Source of the DNA: Auanema rhodensis
Taxonomy: Eukaryota; Animalia; Nematoda
Assembly (NCBI GenBank): GCA_964057225.1
Contig: OZ059899.1
Span: 20,770,001-20,834,000, forward strand
Length of the DNA stretch: 64,000 nucleotides
Reading direction: 5' to 3'
In this document: positions 1 to 13,099 of the stretch, in pieces
How positions within the stretch are numbered: the first letter of the stretch is position 1
How the letters are laid out: every line of letters begins with the position of its first letter
Program-made: the position numbers and the translations under genes
Notes under the pieces: generated by a model
Told to the model about the DNA's origin: nothing
Database searches by the model: none
Seen by the model: only the letters and a program-made list of their open reading frames with translations

Positions 1-3000
1 TTTTTCATACGATCATAACTAATTTTTGTATTAAGCGTTTCTCAATGTAGTATAGTGCTTTCGATGCGGATTTTTAAGTTGCGTCGATCTGTGTTATCAG
101 ATTTGCGCTAGCTTAAAAATGCACCGAGATATCAACTGATATAAGTTCACACTTATATCCTCGATTTTCACCCTGAAGAATTAATTTTTTCGTTGAATAA
201 CTTTGTCCATCGTCTTTGCCTTGAAAAAAGTAATCTAAAAACATCTACTTTTTGTGAAATTATTTTGAAATTTTTAGGGAAAATTTTGGTCAAAATGTTT
301 TTGGAAGCAATGTTGAGTGTACATGGAATCTCAACATACACTAAGGCATCATTTTTCAAACGATCATAACTAATTTTTGTATTAAGCGTTTCTCAATGTA
401 GTATAGTGCATTCAATGCGGATTTTTAAGCTGCGTCGATCTGTGTTATCAGATTTGCGCTAGCTTAAAAATGCACCGAGATATCAACTGATATAAGTTCA
501 CAATTATATCCTCGATTTTCACATTGAAGAACTAATTTTTTCGTTGAATAACATTGTCCATCGTCTTTGCCTTGAAAGAAGGAATCTAAAAACATCTACT
601 TTTTGCTAAATTATTTTGAAATTTTTCGAAAAAATTTTTGTCAAAATGTTTTTGGAAGCAATGTTGAGTGTACATGGAATCTCAACATACACTAAGGCAT
701 CATTTTTCAAACGATCATAACTAATTTTTGTATTAAGCGTTTCTCAATGTAGTATAGTGCTTTCGATGCGGATTTTTAAGTTGCGTCGATCTGTGTTATC
801 AGATTTGCGCTAGCTTAAAAATGCACCGAGATATCAACTGATATAAGTTCACACTTATATCCTCGATTTTCACCCTGAAGAATTAATTTTTTCGTTGAAT
901 AACTTTGTCCATCGTCTTTGCCTTGAAAAAAGGAATCTAAAAACATCTACTATTTGCGAAATTATTTTGAATTTTTTCGGAAACATTTTTGTCAAAATGT
1001 TTTTGGAAGCAATGTTGAGTGTACATGGAAACTCAACATACACTAATGCATCTTTTTTCAAACGATCATAACTAATTTTTGTAATAAGCGTTTCTCAATG
1101 TTGTATAGTGCATTCGATGCGGATTTTTAAGCTGCGTCGATCTGTGTTATCAGATTTGCGCTAGCTTAAAAATGCACCGAGATATCAACTGATATAAGTT
1201 CACACTTATATCCTCGATTTTCACATTGAAGAACTAATTTTTTCGTTGAATAACATTGTCCATCGTCTTTGCCTTGAAAGAAGGAATCTAAAAACATCTA
1301 CTTTTTGCTAAATTATTTTGAAATTTTTCGAAAAAATTTTTGTCAAAATGTTTTTGGAAGCAATGTTGAGTGTACATGGAATCTCAACATACACTAAGGC
1401 ATCATTTTTCAAACGATCATAACTAATTTTTGTATTAAGCGTTTCTCAATGTAGTATAGTGCTTTCGATGCGGATTTTTAAGTTGCGTCGATCTGTGTTA
1501 TCAGATTTGCGCTAGCTTAAAAATGCACCGAGATATCAACTGATATAAGTTCACACTTATATCCTCGATTTTCACCCTGAAGAATTAATTTTTTCGTTGA
1601 ATAACTTTGTCCATCGTCTTTGCCTTGAAAAAAGGAATCTAAAAACATCTACTATTTGCGAAATTATTTTGAATTTTTTCGGAAACATTTTTGTCAAAAT
1701 GTTTTTGGAAGCAATGTTGAGTGTACATGGAAACTCAACATACACTAATGCATCTTTTTTCAAACGATCATAACTAATTTTTGTAATAAGCGTTTCTCAA
1801 TGTTGTATAGTGCATTCGATGCGGATTTTTAAGCTGCGTCGATCTGTGTTATCAGATTTGCGCTAGCTTAAAAATGCACCGAGATATCAACTGATATAAG
1901 TTCACACTTATATCCTCGATTTTCACATTGAAGAACTAATTTTTTCGTTGAATAACATTGTCCATCGTCTTTGCCTTGAAAAAAGGAATCTAAAAACATC
2001 TACTTTTTGCTAAATTATTTTGAAATTTTTCGAAAAAATTTTTGTCAAAATGTTTTTGGAAGCAATGTTGAGTGTACATGGAATCTCAACATACACTAAG
2101 GCATCATTTTTCAAACGATCATGACTAATTTTTGTATTGAGGGTTTCTCAATGTAATATAGTGCATTCGATGCGGATTTTTAAGCTGCGTCGATCTGTGT
2201 TATCAGATTTGCGCTAGCTTAAAAATGCACCGAGATATCAACTGATATAAGTTCACAATTATATCCTCGATTTTCACATTGAAGAACTAATTTTTTCGTT
2301 GAATAACATTGTCCATCGTCTTTGCCTTGAAAGAAGGAATCTAAAAACATCTACTTTTTGCTAAATTATTTTGAAATTTTTCGAAAAAATTTTTGTCAAA
2401 ATGTTTTTGGAAGCAATGTTGAGTGTACATGGAATCTCAACATACACTAAGGCATCATTTTTCATACGATCATAACTAATTTTTGTATTAAGCGTTTCTC
2501 AATGTAGTATAGTGCTTTCGATGCGGATTTTTAAGTTGCGTCGATCTGTGTTATCAGATTTGCGCTAGCTTAAAAATGCACCGAGATATCAACTGATATA
2601 AGTTCACACTTATATCCTCGATTTTCACCCTGAAGAATTAATTTTTTCGTTGAATAACTTTGTCCATCGTCTTTGCCTTGAAAAAAGTAATCTAAAAACA
2701 TCTACTTTTTGTGAAATTATTTTGAAATTTTTAGGGAAAATTTTGGTCAAAATGTTTTTGGAAGCAATGTTGAGTGTACATGGAATCTCAACATACACTA
2801 AGGCATCATTTTTCAAACGATCATAACTAATTTTTGTATTAAGCGTTTCTCAATGTAGTATAGTGCATTCAATGCGGATTTTTAAGCTGCGTCGATCTGT
2901 GTTATCAGATTTGCGCTAGCTTAAAAATGCACCGAGATATCAACTGATATAAGTTCACAATTATATCCTCGATTTTCACATTGAAGAACTAATTTTTTCG

Positions 3001-4650
3001 TTGAATAACATTGTCCATCGTCTTTGCCTTGAAAGAAGGAATCTAAAAACATCTACTTTTTGCTAAATTATTTTGAAATTTTTCGAAAAAATTTTTGTCA
3101 AAATGTTTTTGGAAGCAATGTTGAGTGTACATGGAATCTCAACATACACTAAGGCATCATTTTTCAAACGATCATAACTAATTTTTGTATTAAGCGTTTC
3201 TCAATGTAGTATAGTGCTTTCGATGCGGATTTTTAAGTTGCGTCGATCTGTGTTATCAGATTTGCGCTAGCTTAAAAATGCACCGAGATATCAACTGATA
3301 TAAGTTCACACTTATATCCTCGATTTTCACCCTGAAGAATTAATTTTTTCGTTGAATAACTTTGTCCATCGTCTTTGCCTTGAAAAAAGGAATCTAAAAA
3401 CATCTACTATTTGCGAAATTATTTTGAATTTTTTCGGAAACATTTTTGTCAAAATGTTTTTGGAAGCAATGTTGAGTGTACATGGAAACTCAACATACAC
3501 TAATGCATCTTTTTTCAAACGATCATAACTAATTTTTGTAATAAGCGTTTCTCAATGTTGTATAGTGCATTCGATGCGGATTTTTAAGCTGCGTCGATCT
3601 GTGTTATCAGATTTGCGCTAGCTTAAAAATGCACCGAGATATCAACTGATATAAGTTCACACTTATATCCTCGATTTTCACATTGAAGAACTAATTTTTT
3701 CGTTGAATAACATTGTCCATCGTCTTTGCCTTGAAAGAAGGAATCTAAAAACATCTACTTTTTGCTAAATTATTTTGAAATTTTTCGAAAAAATTTTTGT
3801 CAAAATGTTTTTGGAAGCAATGTTGAGTGTACATGGAATCTCAACATACACTAAGGCATCATTTTTCAAACGATCATAACTAATTTTTGTATTAAGCGTT
3901 TCTCAATGTAGTATAGTGCTTTCGATGCGGATTTTTAAGTTGCGTCGATCTGTGTTATCAGATTTGCGCTAGCTTAAAAATGCACCGAGATATCAACTGA
4001 TATAAGTTCACACTTATATCCTCGATTTTCACCCTGAAGAATTAATTTTTTCGTTGAATAACTTTGTCCATCGTCTTTGCCTTGAAAAAAGGAATCTAAA
4101 AACATCTACTATTTGCGAAATTATTTTGAATTTTTTCGGAAACATTTTTGTCAAAATGTTTTTGGAAGCAATGTTGAGTGTACATGGAAACTCAACATAC
4201 ACTAATGCATCTTTTTTCAAACGATCATAACTAATTTTTGTAATAAGCGTTTCTCAATGTTGTATAGTGCATTCGATGCGGATTTTTAAGCTGCGTCGAT
4301 CTGTGTTATCAGATTTGCGCTAGCTTAAAAATGCACCGAGATATCAACTGATATAAGTTCACACTTATATCCTCGATTTTCACATTGAAGAACTAATTTT
4401 TTCGTTGAATAACATTGTCCATCGTCTTTGCCTTGAAAAAAGGAATCTAAAAACATCTACTTTTTGCTAAATTATTTTGAAATTTTTCGAAAAAATTTTT
4501 GTCAAAATGTTTTTGGAAGCAATGTTGAGTGTACATGGAATCTCAACATACACTAAGGCATCATTTTTCAAACGATCATGACTAATTTTTGTATTGAGGG
4601 TTTCTCAATGTAATATAGTGCATTCGATGCGGATTTTTAAGCTGCGTCGA
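1..4650 (+). repeat. 7-monomer higher-order repeat (2457 bp, pattern A-B-C-B-C-B'-B), about 1.9 copies, with an internal 702-bp dimer
   Basis: The rare variant tttttcatacgatc occurs at 1 and 2458. ORF variants 168/2625, 870/3327 and 1572/4029 are all offset by 2457 = 7x351. Confidence 0.9.
61..127. other. About 30-bp-arm imperfect inverted repeat present in every 351-bp monomer (first copy shown)
   Basis: Consensus tcgatgc-gg-atttttaagct-gcgtcgatctg [tgttat] cagatttgcgc-t-agcttaaaaat-gcaccga, with an 11-bp perfect core atttttaagct/agcttaaaaat. This first copy carries one mismatch (aagtt). Confidence 0.85.
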
Positions 4651-5989
4651 TTTGTGTTATCAGATTTGCGCTAGCTTAAAAATGCACCGAGATATCAACT
4701 GATATAAGTTCACACTTATATCCTCGATTTTCACCCTGAAAAATTGATTTTTTCGTTGAATAACACTGTCCATCGTCTTTGCCTTGAAAAAAGGAATCTA
4801 AAAACATCTACTTTTTGTGAAATTATTTTGAAATTTTCAGGGAAAATTTTTGTCAAAATGTTTTTGGAAGCAATGTTGAGTGTACATGGAAACTCAACAT
4901 ACACTAATGCATCATTTTTCAAACGATCATAACTAATTTTTGTATTGAGGGTTTCTCAATGTAGTATAGTGCATTCGATGCGGATTTGTAAGCTGCGTCG
5001 ATCTGTGTTATCAGATTTGCGCTAGCTTAAAAAAGCACCGAGATATCAACTGATATAAGTTCACACTTATATCCTCGATTTTCACCCTGAAGAATTAATT
5101 TTTTTGTTGAATAACATTGTCCATCGTCTTCGCCTTGAAAAAAGGAATCTAAAAACATCTACTTTTTGTGAAATTATTTCGAAATTTTTAGGTAAAATTT
5201 TTGTCAAAATGTTTTTGAAAGCAATGTTGAGTGTACATGGAAACTCAACATACACTAATGCATCATTTTTCAAACGATCATGACTAATTTTTGTATTGAG
5301 GGTTTCTCAATGTAGTATAGTGCATTCGATGCGGATTTTTAAGCTGCGTCGATCTGTGTTATCAGATTTGCGCTAGCTTAAAAATGCACCGAGATATCAA
5401 CTGATATAAGTTTACACTTATATCCTCGATTTTCACCCTGGAGAATTAATTTTTTTGTTGTATAACATTGTCCATCGTCTTCGCCTTGAAAAAAGGAATC
5501 TAAAAACATCTACTTTTTGTGAAATTATTTCGAAATTTTTAGGTAAAATTTTTGTCAAAATGTTTTTGAAAGCAATGTTGAGTGTACATGGAAACTCAAC
5601 ATACACTAATGCATCATTTTTCAAACGATCATGACTAATTTTTGTATTAAGCGTTTCTCAATGTTGTATAGTGCATTCGATGCGGATTTTTAAGCTGCGT
5701 CGATCTATGTTATCAGATTTGCGCTATCTTAAAAATGCACCGAGATATCAACTGATATAAGTTCACACTTATATCCTCGATTTTCACCCTGAAAAATTAA
5801 TTTTTTGTGTTGAATAACATTGTCCATCGTCTTCACCTTGAAAAAAGGAATCTAAAAACAACTACTTTTTGTGAAATTATTTCGAAATTTTTAGGGAAAA
5901 TTTTTGTCAAAATGTTTTTGGAAGCAATGTTGAGTGTACATGGAAACTCAACATACACTAATGCATCATTTTTCAAACGATCATGACTA

Positions 5990-8900
5990 ATTTTTGTATT
6001 GAGGGTTTCTCAATGTAGTATAGTGCATTCGATGCGGATTTTTAAGCTGCGTCGATCTGTGTTATCAGATTTGCGCTAGCTTAAAAATGCACCGAGATAT
6101 CAACTGATATAAGTTCACACTTATATCCTCGATTTTCACCCTGAAAAATTGATTTTTTCGTTGAATAACATTGTCCATCGTCTTTGCCTTGAAAAAAGGA
6201 ATCTAAAAACAACTACTTTTTGTGAAATTATTTCGAAATTTTTAGGGAAAATTTTTGTCAAAATGTTTTTGGAAGCAATGTTGAGTGTACATGGAAACTC
6301 AACATACACTAATACATCATTTTTTAAACGATCATAACTAATTTTTGTATTGAGGGTTTCTCAATGTAGTATAGTGCATTCGATGCGGATTTTGAAGCTG
6401 CGTCGATCTGTGTTATCAGATTTGCGCTAGCTTAAAAATGCACCGAGATATCAACTGATATAAGTTAACACATATATCCTCGATTTTCACCCTGAAGAAT
6501 TAATTTTTTTGTTGAATAACATTGTCCATCGTCTTCGCCTTGAAAAAAGGAATCTAAAAACATCTACTTTTTGTGAAATTATTTTGAAATTTTTAGGGAA
6601 AATTTTGGTCAAAATGTTTTTGGAAGCAATGTTGAGTGTACATGGAAACTCAACATACACTAATGCATCATTTTTCAAACGATCATGACTAATTTTTGTG
6701 GAAACTCAACATACACTAATACATCATTTTTTAAACGATCATAACTAATTTTTGTATTGAGGGTTTCTCAATGTAGTATAGTGCATTCGATGCGGATTTT
6801 TAAGCTGCGTCCATCTGTGTTATCAGATTTGCGCTAGCTTAAAAATGCACCGAGATATCAACTGATATAAGTTCACACTTATATCCTCGATTTTCACCCT
6901 GAAAAATTGATTTTTTCGTTGAATAACATTGTCCATCGTCTTTGCCTTGAAAAAAGGAATCTAAAAACAACTACTTTTTGTGAAATTATTTCGAAATTTT
7001 TAGGGAAAATTTTTGTCAAAATGTTTTTGGAAGCAATGTTGAGTGTACATGGAAACTCAACATACACTAATACATCATTTTTCAAACGATCATAACTAAT
7101 TTTTGTATTAAGCGTTTCTCAATGTTGTATAGTGCATTCGATGCGGATTTTTAAGCTGCGTCGATCTATGTTATCAGATTTGCGCTATCTTAAAAATGCA
7201 CCGAGATATCAACTGATATAAGTTTACACTTATATCCTCGATTTTCACCCTGAAGAATTAATTTTTTTGTTGAATAACATTGTCCATCGTCTTCACCTTG
7301 AAAAAAGGAATCTAAAAACATCTACTTTTTGTAAAATTATTTTGAAATTTTTAGGGAAAATTTTTGTCAAAATGTTTTTGGAAGCAATGTTGAGTGTACA
7401 TGGAAACTCAACATACACTAATGCAACATTTTTCAAACGATCATAACTAATTTTTGTATTGAGGGTTTCTCAATGTAGTATAGTGCATTCGATGCGGATT
7501 TTTAAGCTGCGTCGATCTGTGTTATCAGATTTGCGCTAGCTTAAAAAAGCACCGAGATATCAACTGATATAAGTTAACACATATATCCTCGATTTTCACC
7601 CTGAAGAATTAATTTTTTTGTTGAATAACATTGTCCATCGTCTTCGCCTTGAAAAAAGGAATCTAAAAACATCTACTTTTTGTGAAATTATTTTGAAATT
7701 TTTAGGGAAAATTTTTGTCAAAATGTTTTTGGAAGCAATGTTGAGTGTACATGGAAACTCAACATACACTAATGCATCATTTTTCAAACGATCATGACTA
7801 ATTTTTGTATTGAGGGTTTCTCAATGTAGTATAGTGCATTCGATGCGGATTTTTAAGCTGCGTCGATCTGTGTTATCAGATTTGCGCTAGCTTAAAAATG
7901 CACCGAGATATCAACTGATATAAGTTCACACTTATATCCTCGATTTTCACCCTGAAAAATTGATTTTTTCGTTGAATAACATTGTCCATCGTCTTTGCCT
8001 TGAAAAAAGGAATCTAAAAACAACTACTTTTTGTGAAATTATTTCGAAATTTTTAGGGAAAATTTTTGTCAAAATGTTTTTGGAAGCAATGTTGAGTGTA
8101 CATGGAAACTCAACATACACTAATACATCATTTTTTAAACGATCATAACTAATTTTTGTATTGAGGGTTTCTCAATGTAGTATAGTGCATTCGATGCGGA
8201 TTTTGAAGCTGCGTCGATCTGTGTTATCAGATTTGCGCTAGCTTAAAAATGCACCGAGATATCAACTGATATAAGTTAACACATATATCCTCGATTTTCA
8301 CCCTGAAGAATTAATTTTTTTGTTGAATAACATTGTCCATCGTCTTCGCCTTGAAAAAAGGAATCTAAAAACATCTACTTTTTGTGAAATTATTTTGAAA
8401 TTTTTAGGGAAAATTTTGGTCAAAATGTTTTTGGAAGCAATGTTGAGTGTACATGGAAACTCAACATACACTAATGCATCATTTTTCAAACGATCATGAC
8501 TAATTTTTGTGGAAACTCAACATACACTAATACATCATTTTTTAAACGATCATAACTAATTTTTGTATTGAGGGTTTCTCAATGTAGTATAGTGCATTCG
8601 ATGCGGATTTTTAAGCTGCGTCCATCTGTGTTATCAGATTTGCGCTAGCTTAAAAATGCACCGAGATATCAACTGATATAAGTTCACACTTATATCCTCG
8701 ATTTTCACCCTGAAAAATTGATTTTTTCGTTGAATAACATTGTCCATCGTCTTTGCCTTGAAAAAAGGAATCTAAAAACAACTACTTTTTGTGAAATTAT
8801 TTCGAAATTTTTAGGGAAAATTTTTGTCAAAATGTTTTTGGAAGCAATGTTGAGTGTACATGGAAACTCAACATACACTAATACATCATTTTTCAAACGA

Positions 8901-9480
8901 TCATAACTAATTTTTGTATTAAGCGTTTCTCAATGTTGTATAGTGCATTCGATGCGGATTTTTAAGCTGCGTCGATCTATGTTATCAGATTTGCGCTATC
9001 TTAAAAATGCACCGAGATATCAACTGATATAAGTTTACACTTATATCCTCGATTTTCACCCTGAAGAATTAATTTTTTTGTTGAATAACATTGTCCATCG
9101 TCTTCACCTTGAAAAAAGGAATCTAAAAACATCTACTTTTTGTAAAATTATTTTGAAATTTTTAGGGAAAATTTTTGTCAAAATGTTTTTGGAAGCAATG
9201 TTGAGTGTACATGGAAACTCAACATACACTAATGCAACATTTTTCAAACGATCATAACTAATTTTTGTATTGAGGGTTTCTCAATGTAGTATAGTGCATT
9301 CGATGCGGATTTTTAAGCTGCGTCGATCTGTGTTATCAGATTTGCGCTAGCTTAAAAAAGCACCGAGATATCAACTGATATAAGTTAACACATATATCCT
9401 CGATTTTCACCCTGAAGAATTAATTTTTTTGTTGAATAACATTGTCCATCGTCTTCGCCTTGAAAAAAGGAATCTAAAAA
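5990..9480 (+). repeat. 1811-bp higher-order repeat (5 monomers plus a 56-bp insertion), about 2 copies
   Basis: ORF variants 6149/7960, 6487/8298 and 6894/8705 are offset by 1811 = 5x351+56. The same 56-bp duplication is present at 6643-6754 and 8454-8565. Confidence 0.9.
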
Positions 9481-12400
9481 CATCTACTTTTTGTAAAATT
9501 ATTTTGAAATTTTTAGGGAAAATTTTTGTCAAAATGTTTTTGGAAGCAATGTTGAGTGTACATGGAATCTCAACATACACTAAGGCATCATTTTTCATAC
9601 GATCATAACTAATTTTTGTATTAAGCGTTTCTCAATGTAGTATAGTGCATTCGATGCGGATTTTTAAGCTGCGTCGATCTGTGTTATCAGATTTGCGCTA
9701 GCTTAAAAAAGCACCGAGATATCAACTGATATAAGTTAACACATATATCCTCGATTTTCACCCTGAAGAATTAATTTTTTTGTTGAATAACATAGTCCAT
9801 CGTCTTCGCCTTGAAAAAAGGAATCTAAAAACATCTACTTTTTGTGAAATTATTTTGAAATTTTTAGGGAAAATTTTTGTCAAAATGTTTTTGGAAGCAA
9901 TGTTGAGTGTACATGGAAACTCAACATACACTAATACATCATTTTTTAAACGATCATAACTAATTTTTGTATTGAGGGTTTCTCAATGTAGTATAGTGCA
10001 TTCGATGCGGATTTTTAAGCTGCGTCGATCTGTGTTATCAGATTTGCGCTAGCTTAAAAAAGCACCGAGATATCAACTGATATAAGTTAACACATATATC
10101 CTCGATTTTCACCCTGAAGAATTAATTTTTTTGTTGAATAACATTGTCCATCGTCTTTGCCTTGAAAAAAGGAATCTAAAAACATCTACTTTTCGCGAAA
10201 TTATTTTGAAATTTTTCGGAAAAATTTTTGTCAAAATGTTTTTGGAAGCAATGTTGAGTGTACATGGAAACTCAACATACACTAATACATCATTTTTTAA
10301 ACGATCATAACTAATTTTTGTATTGAGGGTTTCTCAATGTAGTATAGTGCATTCGATGCGGATTTTTAAGCTGCGTCGATCTGTGTTATCAGATTTGCGC
10401 TAGCTTAAAAAAGCACCGAGATATCAACTGATATAAGTTAACACATATATCCTCGATTTTCACCCTGAAGAATTAATTTTTTTGTTGAATAACATAGTCC
10501 ATCGTTTTCGCCTTGAAAAAAGGAATCTAAAAACATCTACTTTTTGTGAAATTATTTTGAAATTTTTAGGGAAAATTTTTGTCAAAATGTTTTTGGAAGC
10601 AATGTTGAGTGTACATGGAAACTCAACATACACTAATACATCATTTTTTAAACGATCATAACTAATTTTTGTATTGAGGGTTTCTCAATGTAGTATAGTG
10701 CATTCGATGCGGATTTTTAAGCTGCGTCGATCTGTGTTATCAGATTTGCGCTAGCTTAAAAAAGCACCGAGATATCAACTGATATAAGTTAACACATATA
10801 TCCTCGATTTTCACCCTGAAGAATTAATTTTTTTGTTGAATAACATTGTCCATCGTCTTTGCCTTGAAAAAAGGAATCTAAAAACAATTACTTTTTGTGA
10901 AATTATTTTGAAATTTTTAGGGAAAATTTTTGTCAAAATGTTTTTGGAAGCAATGTTGAGTGTACATGGAAACTCAACATACACTAATACATCATTTTTT
11001 AAACGATCATAACTAATTTTTGTATTGAGGGTTTCTCAATGTAGTATAGTGCATTCGATGCGGATTTTTAAGCTGCGTCGATCTGTGTTATCAGATTTGC
11101 GCTAGCTTAAAAAAGCACCGAGATATCAACTGATATAAGTTCACACTTATATCCTCGATTTTCACCCTGAAAAATTGATTTTTTCGTTGAATAACATTGT
11201 CCATCGTCTTTGCCTTGAAAAAAGGAATCTAAAAACAACTACTTTTTGTGAAATTATTTCGAAATTTTTAGGTAAAATTTTTGTCAAAATGTTTTTGAAA
11301 GCAATGTTGAGTGTACATGGAAACTCAACATACACTAATGCATCTTTTTTCAAACGATCATGACTAATTTTTGTATTAAGAGTTTCTCAATGTAGTATAG
11401 TGCATTCGATGCGGATTTTTAAGCTGCGTCGATCTGTGTTATCAGATTTGCGCTAGCTTAAAAATGCACCGAGATATCAACTGATATAAGTTTACACTTA
11501 TATCCTCGATTTTCACCCTGGAGAATTGATTTTTTCGTTGAATAACAATGTCCATCGTCTTCGCCTTAAAAAAAAATCTAAAAACATCTACTTTTTGTGA
11601 AATTATTTTGAAATTTTTAGGGAAAATTTTGGCAAAATGTTTTTGGAAGCAATGTTGAGTGTACATGGAAACTCAACATACACTAATGCATCATTTTTCA
11701 AACGATCATAACTAATTTTTGTATTGAGCGTTTCTCAATGTAGTATAGTGCATTCGATGCGGATTTTTAAGCTGCGTCGATCTATGTTATCAGATTTGCG
11801 CTATCTTAAAAATGCACCGAGATATCAACTGATATAAGTTCACACTTATAATCTCGATTTTCACCCTGAAGAATTAATTTTTTTGTTGAATAACATTGTC
11901 CATCGTCTTCACCTTGAAAAAAGAAATCTAAAAACATCTACTTTTTGTAAAATTATTTTGAAATTTTTAGGGAAAATTTTTGTCAAAATGTTTTTGGAAG
12001 CAATGTTGAGTGTACATGGAAACTCAACATACACTAATACATCATTTTTTAAACGATCATAACTAATTTTTGTATTGAGGGTTTCTCAGTGTAGTATAGT
12101 GCATTCGATGCGGATTTTTAAGCTGCGTCGATCTGTGTTATCAGATTTGCGCTAGCTTAAAAAAGCACCGAGATATCAACTGATATAAGTTCACACTTAT
12201 ATCCTCGATTTTCACCCTGAAAAATTGATTTTTTCGTTGAATAACATTGTCCATCGTCTTTGCCTTGAAAAAAGGAATCTAAAAACAACTACTTTTTGTG
12301 AAATTATTTCGAAATTTTTAGGTAAAATTTTTGTCAAAATGTTTTTGAAAGCAATGTTGAGTGTACATGGAAACTCAACATACACTAATGCATCTTTTTT

Positions 12401-13099
12401 CAAACGATCATGACTAATTTTTGTATTGAGGGTTTCTCAATGTAGTATAGTGCATTCGATGCGGATTTTTAAGCTGCGTCGATCTGTGTTATCAGATTTG
12501 CGCTAGCTTAAAAATGCACCGAGATATCAACTGATATAAGTTTACACTTATATCCTCGATTTTCACCCTGGAGAATTAATTTTTTCGTTGAATAACATTG
12601 TCCATCGTCTTTGCCTTGAAAAAAGGAATCTAAAAACATCTACTTTTTGTGAAATTATTTTGAAATTTTTAGGGAAAATTTTGGCAAAATGTTTTTGGAA
12701 GCAATGTTGAGTGTACATGGAAACTCAACATACACTAATGCATCATTTTTCAAACGATCATAACTAATTTTTGTATTGAGCGTTTCTCAATGTAGTATAG
12801 TGCATTCGATGCGGATTTTTAAGCTGCGTCGATCTATGTTATCAGATTTGCGCTATCTTAAAAATGCACCGAGATATCAACTGATATAAGTTCACACTTA
12901 TAATCTCGATTTTCACCCTGAAGAATTAATTTTTTTGTTGAATAACATTGTCCATCGTCTTCACCTTGAAAAAAGGAATCTAAAAACATCTACTTTTTGT
13001 AAAATTATCTTGAAATTTTTAGGGAAAATTTTTGTCAAAATGTTTTTGGAAGCAATGTTGAGTGTACATGGAAACTCAACATACACTAATGCATCATTT

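Noticed and set aside
61-159. Hairpins as rho-independent terminators or promoters
   Set aside because: There are no associated genes, the stems are AT-rich, and the context is satellite DNA.
16-200. Clear internal dimer within the 351-bp monomer
   Set aside because: Only one short match was found (aactaatttttgtattga vs aa(c/t)taattttttcgttga, offset about 162), which is insufficient by eye to call two subunits.
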